Shown: piece by piece, positions 63,084-64,000 of the stretch
Layout of the letters: every line of letters begins with the position of its first letter
How positions within the stretch are numbered: the stretch's first letter is position 1
Source: Actinomycetes bacterium
GTDB taxonomy: Bacteria > Actinomycetota > Actinomycetes > Mycobacteriales > Mycobacteriaceae
DNA: 64,000 bases
Reading direction: 5' to 3'
NCBI GenBank assembly: GCA_023404955.1
Contig: JAEXZY010000152.1
Location: forward strand, 8,716-72,715
Notes under the pieces: generated by a model
Database searches by the model: none
What the model saw: only the letters and a program-made list of their open reading frames with translations
What the model was told of the DNA's origin: nothing
Translations under genes and position numbers: made by a program

Positions 63084-64000
63084 TCCACGGCGAGATCACG
63101 AACACCACCGCACCCGCGACCACGGCCACCACACCGAGAATCCCGAAGTACGCGGCCTCGTTGGACGTGTCGTAGTACCCGGCGAGCACCCCTGACATCG
63201 CGGTGCCCAGACCGACCGAGAAGAAGTACAGCGCCATCATCTGCGCCCGGAACGCTTCCGGAGCCAGCTTGGTGGTCACCGACAGGCCGATCGGCGACAG
63301 CAGCAGTTCGGACACCGCGAACACGGCCATGATCGCCATCACCAGCAGCGCGGGCGTGCTGCGGCCTGTGCCACCGGCCAACGGCACGAAACACAGGAAC
63401 GCCAAGCCCATGCCGACCACTCCGTACGCGAACTTGCGTGGCGTGGTGGGGGCCCGGTTACCGAGCCGGGTCCACAGCAGCGCGAACAGCGGGGACAGCA
63501 GGATGATCCACACCGGTTCGATCGAGCCGATCCAACTCGACGGTGCCGTCCACCCGAAGATCGACCAGTTCATCCGCTCGTCGGAGTACACGGCCAGCAC
63601 GGTGAAGATCTGCTGGAACAGCGACCAGAACACCGCATTGGCGATGAAGAGCGGAATGAACGCACGCACCCGGATCCGTTCCTCGCCGTCCACCTTCGGG
63701 CTGCGCAGCATGATCGCGAAGTACGCCACCGACGCGACGACGATGACGCCGGTGGTTACCTGCGAGAGGTTGGCCAACGTGACCAGACCCAGCGCGATGG
63801 CCACGCCGATCACCACGACGAGCCCTACCATCACCGCTACCGTCTTGCCGACAGCGTTGCGCGGCAACGGGTTCGGCACCTCCCGTCCGTGATCGCCGAG
63901 GTTGCGGCGAAACGCCACGTACTGCGCCAGTCCCAGCGCCATGCCGATCGCCGCCGCCCCGAAACCGTAGTGGAAGCCGACGTGGGTCTGCAGCAGTCCG
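63055..64000 (-). CDS. POT/PTR family peptide:H+ symporter, 5' end outside window
   Basis: GFHYGFG, FWSLFQQ, ELLLSPIGLS. Confidence 0.9.
   Translation of the reverse strand, partial: GLLQTHVGFHYGFGAAAIGMALGLAQYVAFRRNLGDHGREVPNPLPRNAVGKTVAVMVGLVVVIGVAIALGLVTLANLSQVTTGVIVVASVAYFAIMLRSPKVDGEERIRVRAFIPLFIANAVFWSLFQQIFTVLAVYSDERMNWSIFGWTAPSSWIGSIEPVWIILLSPLFALLWTRLGNRAPTTPRKFAYGVVGMGLAFLCFVPLAGGTGRSTPALLVMAIMAVFAVSELLLSPIGLSVTTKLAPEAFRAQMMALYFFSVGLGTAMSGVLAGYYDTSNEAAYFGILGVVAVVAGAVVFVISPWISRQMEGVH

Overview
High-GC mycobacterial chromosome segment, most likely a rapid-growing Mycolicibacterium, syntenic with M. tuberculosis Rv2221c-Rv2260 (orthology assigned from recognised protein motifs and gene order, not from a search). 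Core order: glnE-glnA2, two Hip1/CaeB-type serine hydrolases, panB, CYTH-CHAD, rnpB (RNase P RNA), RNase HI-CobC/zinc-ribbon/Nif3, ptkA-ptpA-SURF1-cobD, tRNA-Val(TAC), ahpE, aceE, mabR and the FAS-II operon fabD-acpM-kasA-kasB-accD6, glpD-TetR-FAD oxidase-DAG kinase, mscR-MBL hydrolase. Accessory content: FAAL plus crotonase, an XRE-cupin/CxxC flavoprotein/SAM methyltransferase module, amidohydrolase-SDR-TetR next to the tRNA, a plant SABATH-like methyltransferase, a peptide ABC importer, azlCD, a secreted M4 metalloprotease, a PhoD-like phosphatase and a POT transporter. Most striking: two divergent DUF222/13E12 HNH genes that share the same built-in DNA-damage promoter architecture (PafBC-type TGTCGG-N10-(-10) box, leaderless start, LexA box over the first codons) and the same internal flip in strand composition; a pan-motif-like bulged-A hairpin in the panB leader; a perfect 50-bp palindrome; a MIRU-like 12-aa bridging ORF; and a TetR ORF reading antisense into tRNA-Val. 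No CRISPR array, integrase, transposase or rRNA seen.
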